Source of the DNA: Planctomycetota bacterium
Lineage (GTDB): Bacteria; Planctomycetota; UBA11346
Direction: 5' to 3'
Length of the DNA: 64,000 nt
Assembly (NCBI GenBank): GCA_003136555.1
Contig: PLEW01000233.1
Coordinates: 6,067 to 70,066 of the forward strand
The stretch's first letter is position 1; each line of letters begins with the position of its first letter. A model generated the notes under the pieces. That model ran no database searches and had not been told where the DNA came from. It worked only from the letters and a program-made list of their open reading frames with translations. Positions 27,406 to 36,383 of the stretch are shown here, piece by piece. The position numbers were made by a program, and so were the translations under genes.

Positions 27406-27794
27406 GTCCGACCCGCCCCATTCGATCAGTACGTGAATATGAGCGCGCCCAGAAGCGCGTTGCCGAACTCGTCGCGCTAGGCGTCAAGAAGGGCTCTCCA
27501 CAAGGGGATGAACTCGAAATGCTCGGACTGCTCATAACCGCATTTGACGATGAGCATCATCCCCTTGGCCCGACGGATCCAGTGGCCGCCATCGAATTTC
27601 AGATGAACCAACGTGGTCTGACGCGCAGAGACCTGGAACCCTTCATTGGCAATCGCGCACGGGTGTCCGATATACTCAACCGCCGTCGTGGCCTGACCCT
27701 GTCCATGATCCGGCGCCTTCACGCTGGCCTGCGCATACCGCTCCAGTCTCTGATTGAGACCGAGACCGACGTCGGCTCAGCGGCGGTCCACTAG
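27387..27794 (+). CDS. higA: Type II antitoxin HigA (XRE-type HTH)
   Basis: PIRSVREYERAQKRVAELV...GDELEMLGLLITAFDDEHHP...DPVAAIEFQMNQRGLTRRDLEPFIGNRARVSDILNRRRGLTLSMIRRLH. The alternative start ATG 27402 forms an ATGA overlap with the higB stop. Confidence 0.85.
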   Translation: MEESPMSPTRPIRSVREYERAQKRVAELVALGVKKGSPQGDELEMLGLLITAFDDEHHPLGPTDPVAAIEFQMNQRGLTRRDLEPFIGNRARVSDILNRRRGLTLSMIRRLHAGLRIPLQSLIETETDVGSAAVH

Positions 27795-27854
27795 TCCCAA
27801 CGCGAGAACGAGGCACCCCAGGCGGAGTCCTCATCACGGCATGCGGTGGTTGAG

Positions 27855-28430
27855 CTACTTGCCGGCTGGCAGCGCGCCGTAGGCCTTGGCCAGGATCTCC
27901 AGGCCGGCCCGGGAGAACGACACGTCATCCTCCGATTTCGCTCCGGAGAAGGCGGCCAGCACATAGCCCCCGGGGACCTGCTGGATGACGCCGCCCTTGT
28001 AGCCATTCTCGCCCTTCAGCGACGGCCTGACACCGCTGCCGCTGTCCTTCAGGGTGTCGGCCATCTCCGCGGCCTTGGTGTAGACGATGCCGAGTACATT
28101 GGTGTTGTTCTTGCTGAATGAGCCGACCACCAGCATGCGCGATGCCCACGATCTGGTCGCCTCGCCCGGGATGTAGGCGACGATGGCGGCGCCGTTGGCA
28201 TTGATCGCCCCGGCATGCTGCTTCATCGCCTCAAGAGCATCGCTGGCGACCTGGTCGAAGTCCACCCCGCCAGCGTGCGCCGGGCTCGGGGAAGGTGACG
28301 ATTCCGTCTCGCATGCGACCAGGAGCAGGCACAGGCAGGGGAGGACGCAGCGGAGCAAGATGGTAGCGATGGGGCACCTCGATGAGGGTTCTAGCGGCAT
28401 CCACCTGCTCGGCAATACGGCGTCGGGCAT
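27855..28430 (-). CDS. GlcG/HbpS-like (DUF336) putative heme-binding lipoprotein
   Basis: Lipobox LLLVAC. C-terminal GGVIQQVPGGYVLAAFSGAKSEDDVSFSRAGLE resembles the GlcG/DUF336 core. The start shares 1 nt with the upstream RR stop (TGATG). Confidence 0.6.
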   Translation of the reverse strand: MPDAVLPSRWMPLEPSSRCPIATILLRCVLPCLCLLLVACETESSPSPSPAHAGGVDFDQVASDALEAMKQHAGAINANGAAIVAYIPGEATRSWASRMLVVGSFSKNNTNVLGIVYTKAAEMADTLKDSGSGVRPSLKGENGYKGGVIQQVPGGYVLAAFSGAKSEDDVSFSRAGLEILAKAYGALPAGK

Positions 28431-29641
28431 CAGGAATCACGTTGGAAGGTGAGGATGTCATCCACCCAGGCGCTCGGCACGGCGCTGGGAGCCTGCGCAC
28501 GGGCGTCCACCGGCAGGGTGACGGTGAACCCGGGCCCTGCGGGGCCCTGCGGGTGGACATCCACCTGACCGCCATGGTGGTGGGCGATGAAGGTCGCCGA
28601 CAGCAGTCGTGCCGGGTGCGGCTGCACCCCGCCAGCGAAGCTGAGGGTGGCATACAGCCCCGCATGCTGTGCCGGCGTCCAAGGCGCGCCGCCGGTGCGC
28701 ACAGTGACCGCGACGCTCCGCTGGCCCTGGAGCGGCGGGCCGTCAGCGACCCGGATATCCAGCCGCGGCGCCGCCGGGTCCACCGCCAGCGCCTCCGCCG
28801 CCAGCAGGGCGAAGAGGCGCGCGACCAGATGGCCATCGCTGGTGATCGCCGTCACCGTGGTCTGGAGCTCGACCGCCACCGCTGCCGGTCCGTGCGCGCC
28901 GGCGAGCGCGCGCGCCGGCGCGAGCAGATCACCGAGCGGCTGGACGGTGAAGCGCGGAGCATCGGCCGCGACATCGCGGCTGATGGCCTGCGTCAAGTCG
29001 ACCAGTCGTCGGCTCTCTGCCTGGACGCGGGCATAGGGATCGCCGCCATCGAGCGAGGGAGAACCACCGTCCCCGCCAGGTGCAGGCGCCTGCTCGATGT
29101 AGGATTTCAGCGCCGTGAGGGTGTTCTGCAGGCGCGGCGTCAGGCCTGCGGCGAGGACCGCGAACGCGCGCACGCGGTCCAGCATCACCAGGGTCTGCAG
29201 GGTCGAGAGCTTCTCGCGCAGCAGGCTGTCGCGTTCGCGGGCGATGATGTGCCACTCCATCGCATGCATCAGGATGCCGACCAGCTCGCGGGCGTTCCAG
29301 GGCTTGACCACATAGCGGTAGATCTCGCCGGAATTGACCGAGGCGATGGCGCTGTCGATGTCGGTGTAGGCGGTGGTGAGGATGCGCACCACGCGCGGAT
29401 AGGCGCTGCGCACCCAGGTCAGCAGGTCGACGCCGCTCTCGCCCGGCATGCGCTGGTCGGTGATCAGCACGCCGATCGAGTCCCCCTGCGCGGCGAAGAT
29501 CGCGCGCGCCTCGCGGGCGGAATTCGCGGTCAGGCAGCGGAAATCTTTGAACAGGATGGGGAAGTACTTGAGCGCCTGCTCCTCGTCGTCGACATACAAC
29601 ACGGAGAACTTCTTCACATCAGGGGTGCTCATGGGGCTCAT
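28430..29641 (-). CDS. Response regulator with degenerate histidine-kinase-like output domain (PhcR-like)
   Basis: Trimmed from ORF 28430..30607 to ATG 29641 (ATGA overlap with the HK stop). Receiver VLYVDDEE...VLITDQRMPG...VVKPW. Output AAGLTPRLQNTLTAL aligns with an H-box but has Pro in place of His. C-terminal IAHHHGGQVDVHPQGPAGPGFTVTLP resembles a G2/ATP-lid remnant. Confidence 0.8.
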   Translation of the reverse strand: MSPMSTPDVKKFSVLYVDDEEQALKYFPILFKDFRCLTANSAREARAIFAAQGDSIGVLITDQRMPGESGVDLLTWVRSAYPRVVRILTTAYTDIDSAIASVNSGEIYRYVVKPWNARELVGILMHAMEWHIIARERDSLLREKLSTLQTLVMLDRVRAFAVLAAGLTPRLQNTLTALKSYIEQAPAPGGDGGSPSLDGGDPYARVQAESRRLVDLTQAISRDVAADAPRFTVQPLGDLLAPARALAGAHGPAAVAVELQTTVTAITSDGHLVARLFALLAAEALAVDPAAPRLDIRVADGPPLQGQRSVAVTVRTGGAPWTPAQHAGLYATLSFAGGVQPHPARLLSATFIAHHHGGQVDVHPQGPAGPGFTVTLPVDARAQAPSAVPSAWVDDILTFQRDS

Positions 29642-32259
29642 TCCTTGGTGGCTTGCGGCCGGCCGCTGTTGGGACGCGGGAGGTGTATGGAGAATTCCGT
29701 CCAGTGGTGGTGTTCGCTGCGCACAGCGATGGTGCCGCCGTGGTTGGCGATGATGGTATGGCAGATGCTCAGCCCGAGCCCAGTCCCCTGGCCGACGGTG
29801 CGGGTGGTGAAGAAGGGCTCGAAGATCCGCGGTATGACCTCCGCAGCGATGCCGCAGCCGTTGTCCCGCACCAAGATGGTGGTACCGGCGCCATCCTGCT
29901 GCGCGGTTATCGCTATCGTCGGCTGGCGATCGGCCGCATCCTTCAGCGCCTTGCTCGAATTGATGAGCATGTTCATGAAGACATGGCTCAGCTGCGTCTG
30001 CGAACCCTGCACCAGCAGGCCGGAGGGGACCTGGCGTTCCACCTGGACGGTGCGCAGCTCGAAGGCCACCAGCCGCAGTGACGATTCGATCACCGCGCCC
30101 AGATCGACGATGTCGTTCTCGCGTCCGCTCGACTTGTAGGCGAACATGCTCAGGTCGCTGACGATGGTCTTGATGCGCGCCATGCCCTGGCCGATGTCGT
30201 CGAAGATCTCCTTCAGGCTGGCATCGCCCGGGGGGATGCAGCCATAGGCGACCTGCAGGGCGGTGAGGGTGAAGTTCAGGGGATTGTTCACCTCGTGCAT
30301 CAATCCGGCCGCCACCGTCCCCAGGGCGCTCATCTTCTCGCTCTGGACCAGCTGCGACTCGGTGGCCTTGAGCCGCGCAAGCGTCTGTTCCAGCTCGGTG
30401 GCGCGTTCGAGCTCCGAACGCTGCAGATCGGCGGTGCGCAGCAGGTTGGCGACCCGGGTCTGGATCTCGAGGATCGAGAACGGCTTGGTCAGGAAGTCGT
30501 CGGCGCCGTTCTCCAGCGCGGTGATCTTCGAGGCCTCGTCCATGCGGGCGGTCAGCAGGATGATCTTGGTCCTCGCCATGCTCGCATGCCCGCGCAGGGT
30601 GCGGCACACCTGGATGCCATCCATGCCCGGCAGCATGAGGTCGAGGAGGATGAGATCGGGAATGCGCTCGAGCGCCAGGGCGACCGCGCGTTCTCCATGG
30701 TCCGACTGCAGGATGCGGTAGCGGTCTGCCAGGCGCGAGGCGATGAAGCGCCGCATGTCCGGCTCGTCATCCACCACCAGCACCGTATGCGTGCCGGCAC
30801 CGGCATGCTGGCCCTCGACGTCGCTGCCCTCGTCCAGGGTCACGCCGCCGCGCCGTTCGGCGCTGCGGTAGATCTCGCTCACCACATCGTCCTCGTGCTC
30901 CTCGGAGGTGCGAGCGGGTGGCTGCAGCTGGCGCAGCGCGTCGACGGAATGCAGTGGCAGCGCCACCGTCATGGTTGTGCCGCGGCCGAGCGTGCTGTGC
31001 GGGGTGATCACCCCGCCATGCTCCTCGACCAGCTCCTTCACCAGCGCCAAGCCGATGCCCACGCCCTGGAACTTCCTGGTCGACGAGCCGTCGACCTGGT
31101 GGAAGCGGCTGAAGAGGTTCGCCATCTCGCTTTCCGGGATGCCGATGCCATTGTCCTCGATCTCGATGAGTGCGCGCTCGGCGCTGCGGCGCGTGCGGAT
31201 GGCGATGGTGCCGCCGCGCGGGGTGAACTTGATCGCATTGGTCAGGAGGTTGAGGACGATCTTCTCAAGGCGCGAGGGATCGGCATCGACCGGCAGCGCC
31301 TCGGTCGGGGCGCTGCATTCCAGGGTCAGGCCCTTGGCATCGGCGAGATAGCGGATGGTCTCGGCGATGCCGATGGCGAACGGCGCGGCATCGAACACCT
31401 CCTTGCGGATGGCGATGCCCTTGTCCTCCAGGCGCACCAGTTCGAGCAGGTCGTTGATCAGCTTGAGCAGGCGCAGGGCGTTCTGGCGGGCAATGCCGAG
31501 CGCCTCGGCGGTGGTATCGCTGAGCTGATGGCCCCGGCGCAGGAGGTCCTCGATGGGAGCGATGATCAGGGTCAGCGGGGTGCGCAGCTCATGGCTGACA
31601 TTGGCGAAGAACTGGCTGCGCAGGCGATCCATCTCCGCGAGCTTGGCATAGGAGCCGGCCAGTTCGTGGTTGCGGCTGTCGAGCTCATCGCGCAGGCGGA
31701 AGTCCTCATACTGTCTACGCGCGGAGAAATGGCAGCCGATGGTGCAGATGATCGCGGTCAGGGTGATGAAGAACAGGTTGTTGAGCAGGTAGTGGGTATC
31801 GATCGGGGTCGGATTGCCGAGGCAGGCGAGCAGATAGCAGACGAGGATGGCGATGCAGCAGCAGATCGCCTCGAAGGTGGTCCAGCTGAAGAGCGTGCAG
31901 ACGCCCATGTTGACCAGCAGCAGGCCGGTATAATAGGGCGAACGGGAACCTTCCGTCTCGTAGATCAGCCAGGACATCGCCACGATCGGCACCATGACCC
32001 AGGCGAAGCCCAGGACCTTGATCCAACGCAGCCCGAAGGGCAGGAAATGGCAGGCGAGGATCACCGCCAGGACAGCATCGAACACCAGACGACCGACCAG
32101 GAAGGTCCAGAAGTGCGTCGGATACACCACCAGGTCCAGCAGCGAACCGGCGGGGATGAGGGCCAGGGCGATGATCGCACCGGCAACCGACAGGCGCATG
32201 CGCAGGGCACGGCTGGCAACGGCATAGCGCGCCTGGAGCGGCGCTTCCGCGGTCGTCAT
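29638..32259 (-). CDS. Membrane hybrid sensor kinase: about 6 TM + HisKA/HATPase + receiver + second HisKA/HATPase
   Basis: Hydrophobic N-terminal 200 aa. First H-box FFANVSHELRTPL with DNGIGIP/GVGIGLALV. Receiver VLVVDDEPD...LILLDLMLPGMDG...TKPF. Second H-box AAGLMHEVNNPL with DNGCGIA/GTGLGLSI. Confidence 0.9.
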   Translation of the reverse strand: MTTAEAPLQARYAVASRALRMRLSVAGAIIALALIPAGSLLDLVVYPTHFWTFLVGRLVFDAVLAVILACHFLPFGLRWIKVLGFAWVMVPIVAMSWLIYETEGSRSPYYTGLLLVNMGVCTLFSWTTFEAICCCIAILVCYLLACLGNPTPIDTHYLLNNLFFITLTAIICTIGCHFSARRQYEDFRLRDELDSRNHELAGSYAKLAEMDRLRSQFFANVSHELRTPLTLIIAPIEDLLRRGHQLSDTTAEALGIARQNALRLLKLINDLLELVRLEDKGIAIRKEVFDAAPFAIGIAETIRYLADAKGLTLECSAPTEALPVDADPSRLEKIVLNLLTNAIKFTPRGGTIAIRTRRSAERALIEIEDNGIGIPESEMANLFSRFHQVDGSSTRKFQGVGIGLALVKELVEEHGGVITPHSTLGRGTTMTVALPLHSVDALRQLQPPARTSEEHEDDVVSEIYRSAERRGGVTLDEGSDVEGQHAGAGTHTVLVVDDEPDMRRFIASRLADRYRILQSDHGERAVALALERIPDLILLDLMLPGMDGIQVCRTLRGHASMARTKIILLTARMDEASKITALENGADDFLTKPFSILEIQTRVANLLRTADLQRSELERATELEQTLARLKATESQLVQSEKMSALGTVAAGLMHEVNNPLNFTLTALQVAYGCIPPGDASLKEIFDDIGQGMARIKTIVSDLSMFAYKSSGRENDIVDLGAVIESSLRLVAFELRTVQVERQVPSGLLVQGSQTQLSHVFMNMLINSSKALKDAADRQPTIAITAQQDGAGTTILVRDNGCGIAAEVIPRIFEPFFTTRTVGQGTGLGLSICHTIIANHGGTIAVRSEHHHWTEFSIHLPRPNSGRPQATKE

Positions 32260-33686
32260 GCGGAACCCGGCTTGGTTATCTCGAGGAAGATGTTCACTCC
32301 GGTCTGGTCGCGGACGGTGCGCGCCGGCACATCGCCCGGGGCGAGCGACAGCATCTGGGCGTCATTGCGGTGGTAGAGGTGCCATTCCAGGAGGTGCTCC
32401 ATGTACAGGCGGTTGGGATTGTCGCTGTGGACATTGGTCACCAGCACCATGCCGCCGGGACGGGTCATGTGGGTGAATAGCCGCACCAGGCGCTGGCAGA
32501 TCTTGTCGGAGAGGTAATCAAACAGCCCGGCGCAGTAGACCAGGTCATAGCTCGGCAGCGCGCGCTGGCTGTCGAAGCGGCTCGAGGTCTCCTTGAGCAG
32601 GTCATGGATGGATTTCAGGATGGTGGTGATCGATACCGTGGTCTTCGCATCCCTAGCCACGCCTTCGATCATGGCAGTGGCATACTTCAGGGTCTCGGCA
32701 TTGAAGTCGAGCAGGGTGAATTCGCAGGATGCCACCAGGGGATCCTTGGCGAATTGCTGGATTTCGGCCGCCGGTCCGCAGGCGATGTTGAGCACCCGCA
32801 GCTTCTGCCCGCGTGCGCTGGCGGCGCTGGCGCTCTGCCTGAGGTAGGCGACCAGCATCGCGATGCGGTTGCGGTGGGCGGTGGCGGCGGCGCCGTTGAG
32901 GTTGAGCAGATTGAGGATGCGGGCGTAGGTGTTGGGACCCTTGATGGGATCGGTCAGGATCATGTTGACCATCTCATAGTCGCCGGCATATCCCAGGGGC
33001 TTTGTGAAGGTGCGGTGGAGGAAGGGCGAGCACAGGATGAGCGGATGGATCTCGCGCCGGGCATAGGATTTGTGGATGTTGACCGCATCCGGCGCGACGT
33101 CCTGCGCCGCCGCCTCGAACCCCTTCATCAACTCCCAGATCTTCCCGCCGACGCCATTCATCACATCGTGGACGAAGTTCCGCTTGGCTGAATCGGGCGT
33201 CGCCGGATCGGAGATGCCCGCCAGGGCCTCTCCTTGACCGAGCCAGCGGCTGAGCTCCTCGAGGAAATTGCGGAAGCGATTGACGATCGAGAGGTAGGAC
33301 GGCAGCAGCCGCCCCTGGGTCTGCTCCCAGTCGTTGACGAACACCGAGACCTCGGAGACGATCTCATCGCTGAGCTTGAGAGTGCGTTTCGATGACCAGT
33401 CGTCCACCAGCGTGGCCGAGACGATGAGCATCAACCCGGTGTTGACGAGATTGCTGACCACGGCCTTGCCGGCATAGACCGTGCGATCGCCCCGGCTGAT
33501 GCGCAGCTCATTGAGGACCTCGCTCAACTGCACGATCGAATACGGATTGTAGACCTCGAAGACGGCCATCTGCTGGGTGACGCTCATCAACGTTCCACGG
33601 CATTCAACCCCGCTCGAATTCCTGAACACCAGGAGACTTTCACCGAAGTCATCGCGCTGATCGCTCCCTTTGCTGACGGTACTCAC
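32256..33686 (-). CDS. SAM-dependent methyltransferase with N-terminal beta-rich domain (PhcB-like architecture)
   Basis: GTG start at 33686 with GAGGA upstream. Class I MTase motifs VLNIACGPAAE and DLVYCAGLFDYLSD. 476 aa. ATGA overlap with the downstream HK. Confidence 0.75.
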   Translation of the reverse strand: MSTVSKGSDQRDDFGESLLVFRNSSGVECRGTLMSVTQQMAVFEVYNPYSIVQLSEVLNELRISRGDRTVYAGKAVVSNLVNTGLMLIVSATLVDDWSSKRTLKLSDEIVSEVSVFVNDWEQTQGRLLPSYLSIVNRFRNFLEELSRWLGQGEALAGISDPATPDSAKRNFVHDVMNGVGGKIWELMKGFEAAAQDVAPDAVNIHKSYARREIHPLILCSPFLHRTFTKPLGYAGDYEMVNMILTDPIKGPNTYARILNLLNLNGAAATAHRNRIAMLVAYLRQSASAASARGQKLRVLNIACGPAAEIQQFAKDPLVASCEFTLLDFNAETLKYATAMIEGVARDAKTTVSITTILKSIHDLLKETSSRFDSQRALPSYDLVYCAGLFDYLSDKICQRLVRLFTHMTRPGGMVLVTNVHSDNPNRLYMEHLLEWHLYHRNDAQMLSLAPGDVPARTVRDQTGVNIFLEITKPGSA

Positions 33687-34729
33687 GGGATGATGTCCTC
33701 GCTAAACATGGTGATGGCCTCGCAGAGAGACGCAGGACAGGCGGGCATTGAGATCACCGTGCGCGGTGGGCGCCGGAGCTGGAGGGCTCGTGCGCCCACC
33801 GTGCAGGGACACGATGGCGATTGGCACTCATACCAGGTGCCGGCGCAACTATTTCCATAATAGCGCCGCGGCATCCTGATCGCAAAGTTGGTATTGGCCT
33901 GCTCGCAGTGGTGAGCCGGACCTGGAGACGGTCTCGACGGCATCTCGCGGGATCGTCCAGGTGGAATCCGACTGGTGTGCGTCGTGCGTGTCACGTCAGC
34001 GAGCCCACCCATGGGATCAGGTGCGACGCAAGAGAGGACACATCCACACCATCACCCACCGCAGTCTCCCTGTGTGGATGTCCAGACATGGCGTCGGTCG
34101 GCATGAGGGTCTGCGCATCAGCGTGCGGAACCTGCTGCCGATGAAGTGGGAGGTCAGGTGGATGTGCAGCAAGTGGATCACCGTCGACCACCCATCACAT
34201 CGTCGCGATCGTGGCACAGCGACGGTGACACGGGCGTGGTATCGGGTCGCTGCTTGGCATCTCCATGGTGTGTCCTCCAGGTCGTCAGCCATCGACGGTG
34301 AACCGGAATGCCATTCAATGACCGAGCATTGGCAGCATGGGGTGCTGCTCAGGCGCGAATTGTCCACCCCGATCCTGTTCTGTAAATATGAATAATATAT
34401 GCACTTATGATGTTATTTGTGGCAATGCCTCCGGCAGCCAGATCCCGGTGGCCGAGATCGGTCCAGGGCCAGACCCCGGTCTGGCGAGCGCACCACGCGC
34501 GTGATCCCACCCGCTACGTATGGGGATCAGGTGGCGGTGCCATCCGGGCCGGAGCATTGCAGCGCCGGTCAGCGGTCGATTCTCAACATCCGACTCCGAC
34601 GCGCAATGTACTCGTCTTTCGGTGGGATGCCGCCTCCGCACATGCAGTGCCATGGGGGTTGGTGGCCGCGGATGAGGCGGACGGCTGCGGGGTCACGAGT
34701 CCTGGTCAGGGGGTGGGTTACACCGTCTG

Positions 34730-35530
34730 ATGCCGAATGCATATCGGGGTTCTGCGATCATCCAGGTCCGGCAGCCTACCACCATGCCATCCGCACGCTC
34801 CCCGTCACGCCTGCAGCGCACCGAGCCTGTGATCCCGCCCGCGGCGCCATCGCTGCGCATCCCCTGGTCGCTGCTCGGGCCCTATGACCATGCGACCGCC
34901 TGGCGCGGGCGGCGTTGGCATCGCCTGCAGCCGCTCGACCGGAGGCGGCCGTGTCCGCCGACCCGCGTCAGTCTGCTTGCAGCCGCCGACGGCCTGCATG
35001 CGCGCTTCATCTGCACGTCCCGACGGATTACGGCAGAAATGCGCGACGATGGCGCTCCGCTCTATCTCCAGGATGTGGTCGAGCTCTTCGCCTGGCCATC
35101 GCCGGGCGATGTCCGTGCCGCGCGTTACCTCGAACATGAGGTCTCTCCGGCCGGCAGCTGCCTGACGCTCATCATCGCCAGCGACGGACGGCCGCGTGCC
35201 CGCTGGACGCCTTGGGGGCTGGCGCCGGCCGATCGGCCCCGCCAGCGGGTGACCATACGTCGGCAGCACGGCAGGGTGTGCGGATGGGATGTCGATGTCG
35301 TGTTGCCGTGGACGCTGTTCACCGGTCTCGGAGTCGTCCCACCGGTAGCGGGGAGCTGCTGGCGGGGCAACCTGACCCGCATCGACCACGCTCAGGGAGG
35401 GGAGCGCTTTGCCGCTTGGAGTCTCCCGCCAGTGGTCGATTTCCACCGGCTGGATGCCTTGGGCGAGTGGTGCTTCGAGGCTCCTCCGTCGGCTCCACGC
35501 ACCCGCCGGCGCAGCAAAAGCGGTCGCTGA
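34730..35530 (+). CDS. CBM9-like/DOMON-like carbohydrate-binding domain protein
   Basis: WRGNLTRIDHAQGGERFAAWSLPPVVDFHRLDALGEWCFE resembles the C-terminal signature of CBM9-like domains. The start is uncertain (34730 or ATG 34784) and the N-terminus is Arg/Pro-rich. Confidence 0.45.
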   Translation: MPNAYRGSAIIQVRQPTTMPSARSPSRLQRTEPVIPPAAPSLRIPWSLLGPYDHATAWRGRRWHRLQPLDRRRPCPPTRVSLLAAADGLHARFICTSRRITAEMRDDGAPLYLQDVVELFAWPSPGDVRAARYLEHEVSPAGSCLTLIIASDGRPRARWTPWGLAPADRPRQRVTIRRQHGRVCGWDVDVVLPWTLFTGLGVVPPVAGSCWRGNLTRIDHAQGGERFAAWSLPPVVDFHRLDALGEWCFEAPPSAPRTRRRSKSGR

Positions 35531-35810
35531 CCACGAGGCATCGCGGGCCCTCAGGCCGTCCTCAGCGACCCACGGGCGGCGTCCCAGAGTATTTCATGAC
35601 AACGGCATACGTCGTATTCTACGTGCCCTTTGAGCGTAGCCACAGCCCATCAGCCCCCGCTCGCCCGGTCACCCAGGGTGGGAGTCACATTCGGCATCGG
35701 GGCCCGCGAACGCCAACGCTGGGGTAACCTCCCCTGACCAGCTGCTATCCTGTACTGCACCTGCACGACCTGCCTCTCCCGGTCTGACTCCTCCTGCACC
35801 CGGCCGATCC

Positions 35811-36383
35811 ATGCTCGAACCCACCGCCATCGATGCGCTCGTCCTGCGCGCCCAAGCCGGCGACCAGGAGGCCTTCGGGGCGCTGGTGATGGATTTCGAG
35901 TGGCCGGTCCGCGCCTGGATCACCGCTAGGTGCCCCGCCGGGGCAGACGCGGATGACGTCGCCCAGACGACCTTCGTCGAGGCGTTCAAGAATCTCGGCC
36001 GCTATCAGGTTGGATCGGATTTCCGCACCTGGCTGTTCACCATCGCCCGCTATCAGGTGATGGCCGAGCTGACGCGCTTGCGGCGCCTGGCCGACTACCA
36101 CGAGCGCTATTTCCCGCACGCGCTGTGGCAGGAGCTGGAACGGCGGGCGCTGATGATGGACCTGCGCGACGATGAGCGCCTGACCGCCCTGCGCGACTGT
36201 TTAGCGGCCCTGGACGACGACGACCGTGCGCTCCTGACCCAGCGCTACAGCGACGAGATGCCGCTGCGCCAGATGGCGCAGCTGCGCCAGCGCTCCGAGG
36301 GAGCGATCAAAAAGAGCCTGTTCCAGCTGCGCGAGCAGCTGCACACCTGCCTGATCCGCCGTCTGCGCAGCGAGCACCCATGA
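35811..36383 (+). CDS. ECF-type RNA polymerase sigma factor
   Basis: Region 2: FGALVMDFEWPVRAWI...DADDVAQTTFVEAF. Region 4: RALLTQRYSDEMPLRQMAQLRQRSEGAIKKSLFQLR. Confidence 0.9.
   Translation: MLEPTAIDALVLRAQAGDQEAFGALVMDFEWPVRAWITARCPAGADADDVAQTTFVEAFKNLGRYQVGSDFRTWLFTIARYQVMAELTRLRRLADYHERYFPHALWQELERRALMMDLRDDERLTALRDCLAALDDDDRALLTQRYSDEMPLRQMAQLRQRSEGAIKKSLFQLREQLHTCLIRRLRSEHP

Noticed and set aside
29642-30607. 5' extension of the response-regulator ORF (track 28430..30607, 725 aa).
   Set aside because: The upstream 320 codons are an out-of-frame overlap with the kinase gene and are Arg/Pro/His-rich. A proper start (ATG 29641) forms an ATGA overlap with the kinase stop and opens directly into the receiver domain.
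28382-32376. Plus-strand ORFs 28382..30139 (585 aa) and 30295..32376 (693 aa).
   Set aside because: They are antisense to the response regulator and hybrid kinase genes, which carry unambiguous H/N/G boxes and receiver motifs. The plus-strand translations are low-complexity.
33683-34395. Small ORFs in the spacer upstream of the methyltransferase (33683..34012 minus strand, 33961..34395 plus strand, 34017..34367 minus strand).
   Set aside because: They have no ribosome-binding sites, implausible Cys/Trp/Arg/His-rich composition, and overlap one another in different frames.
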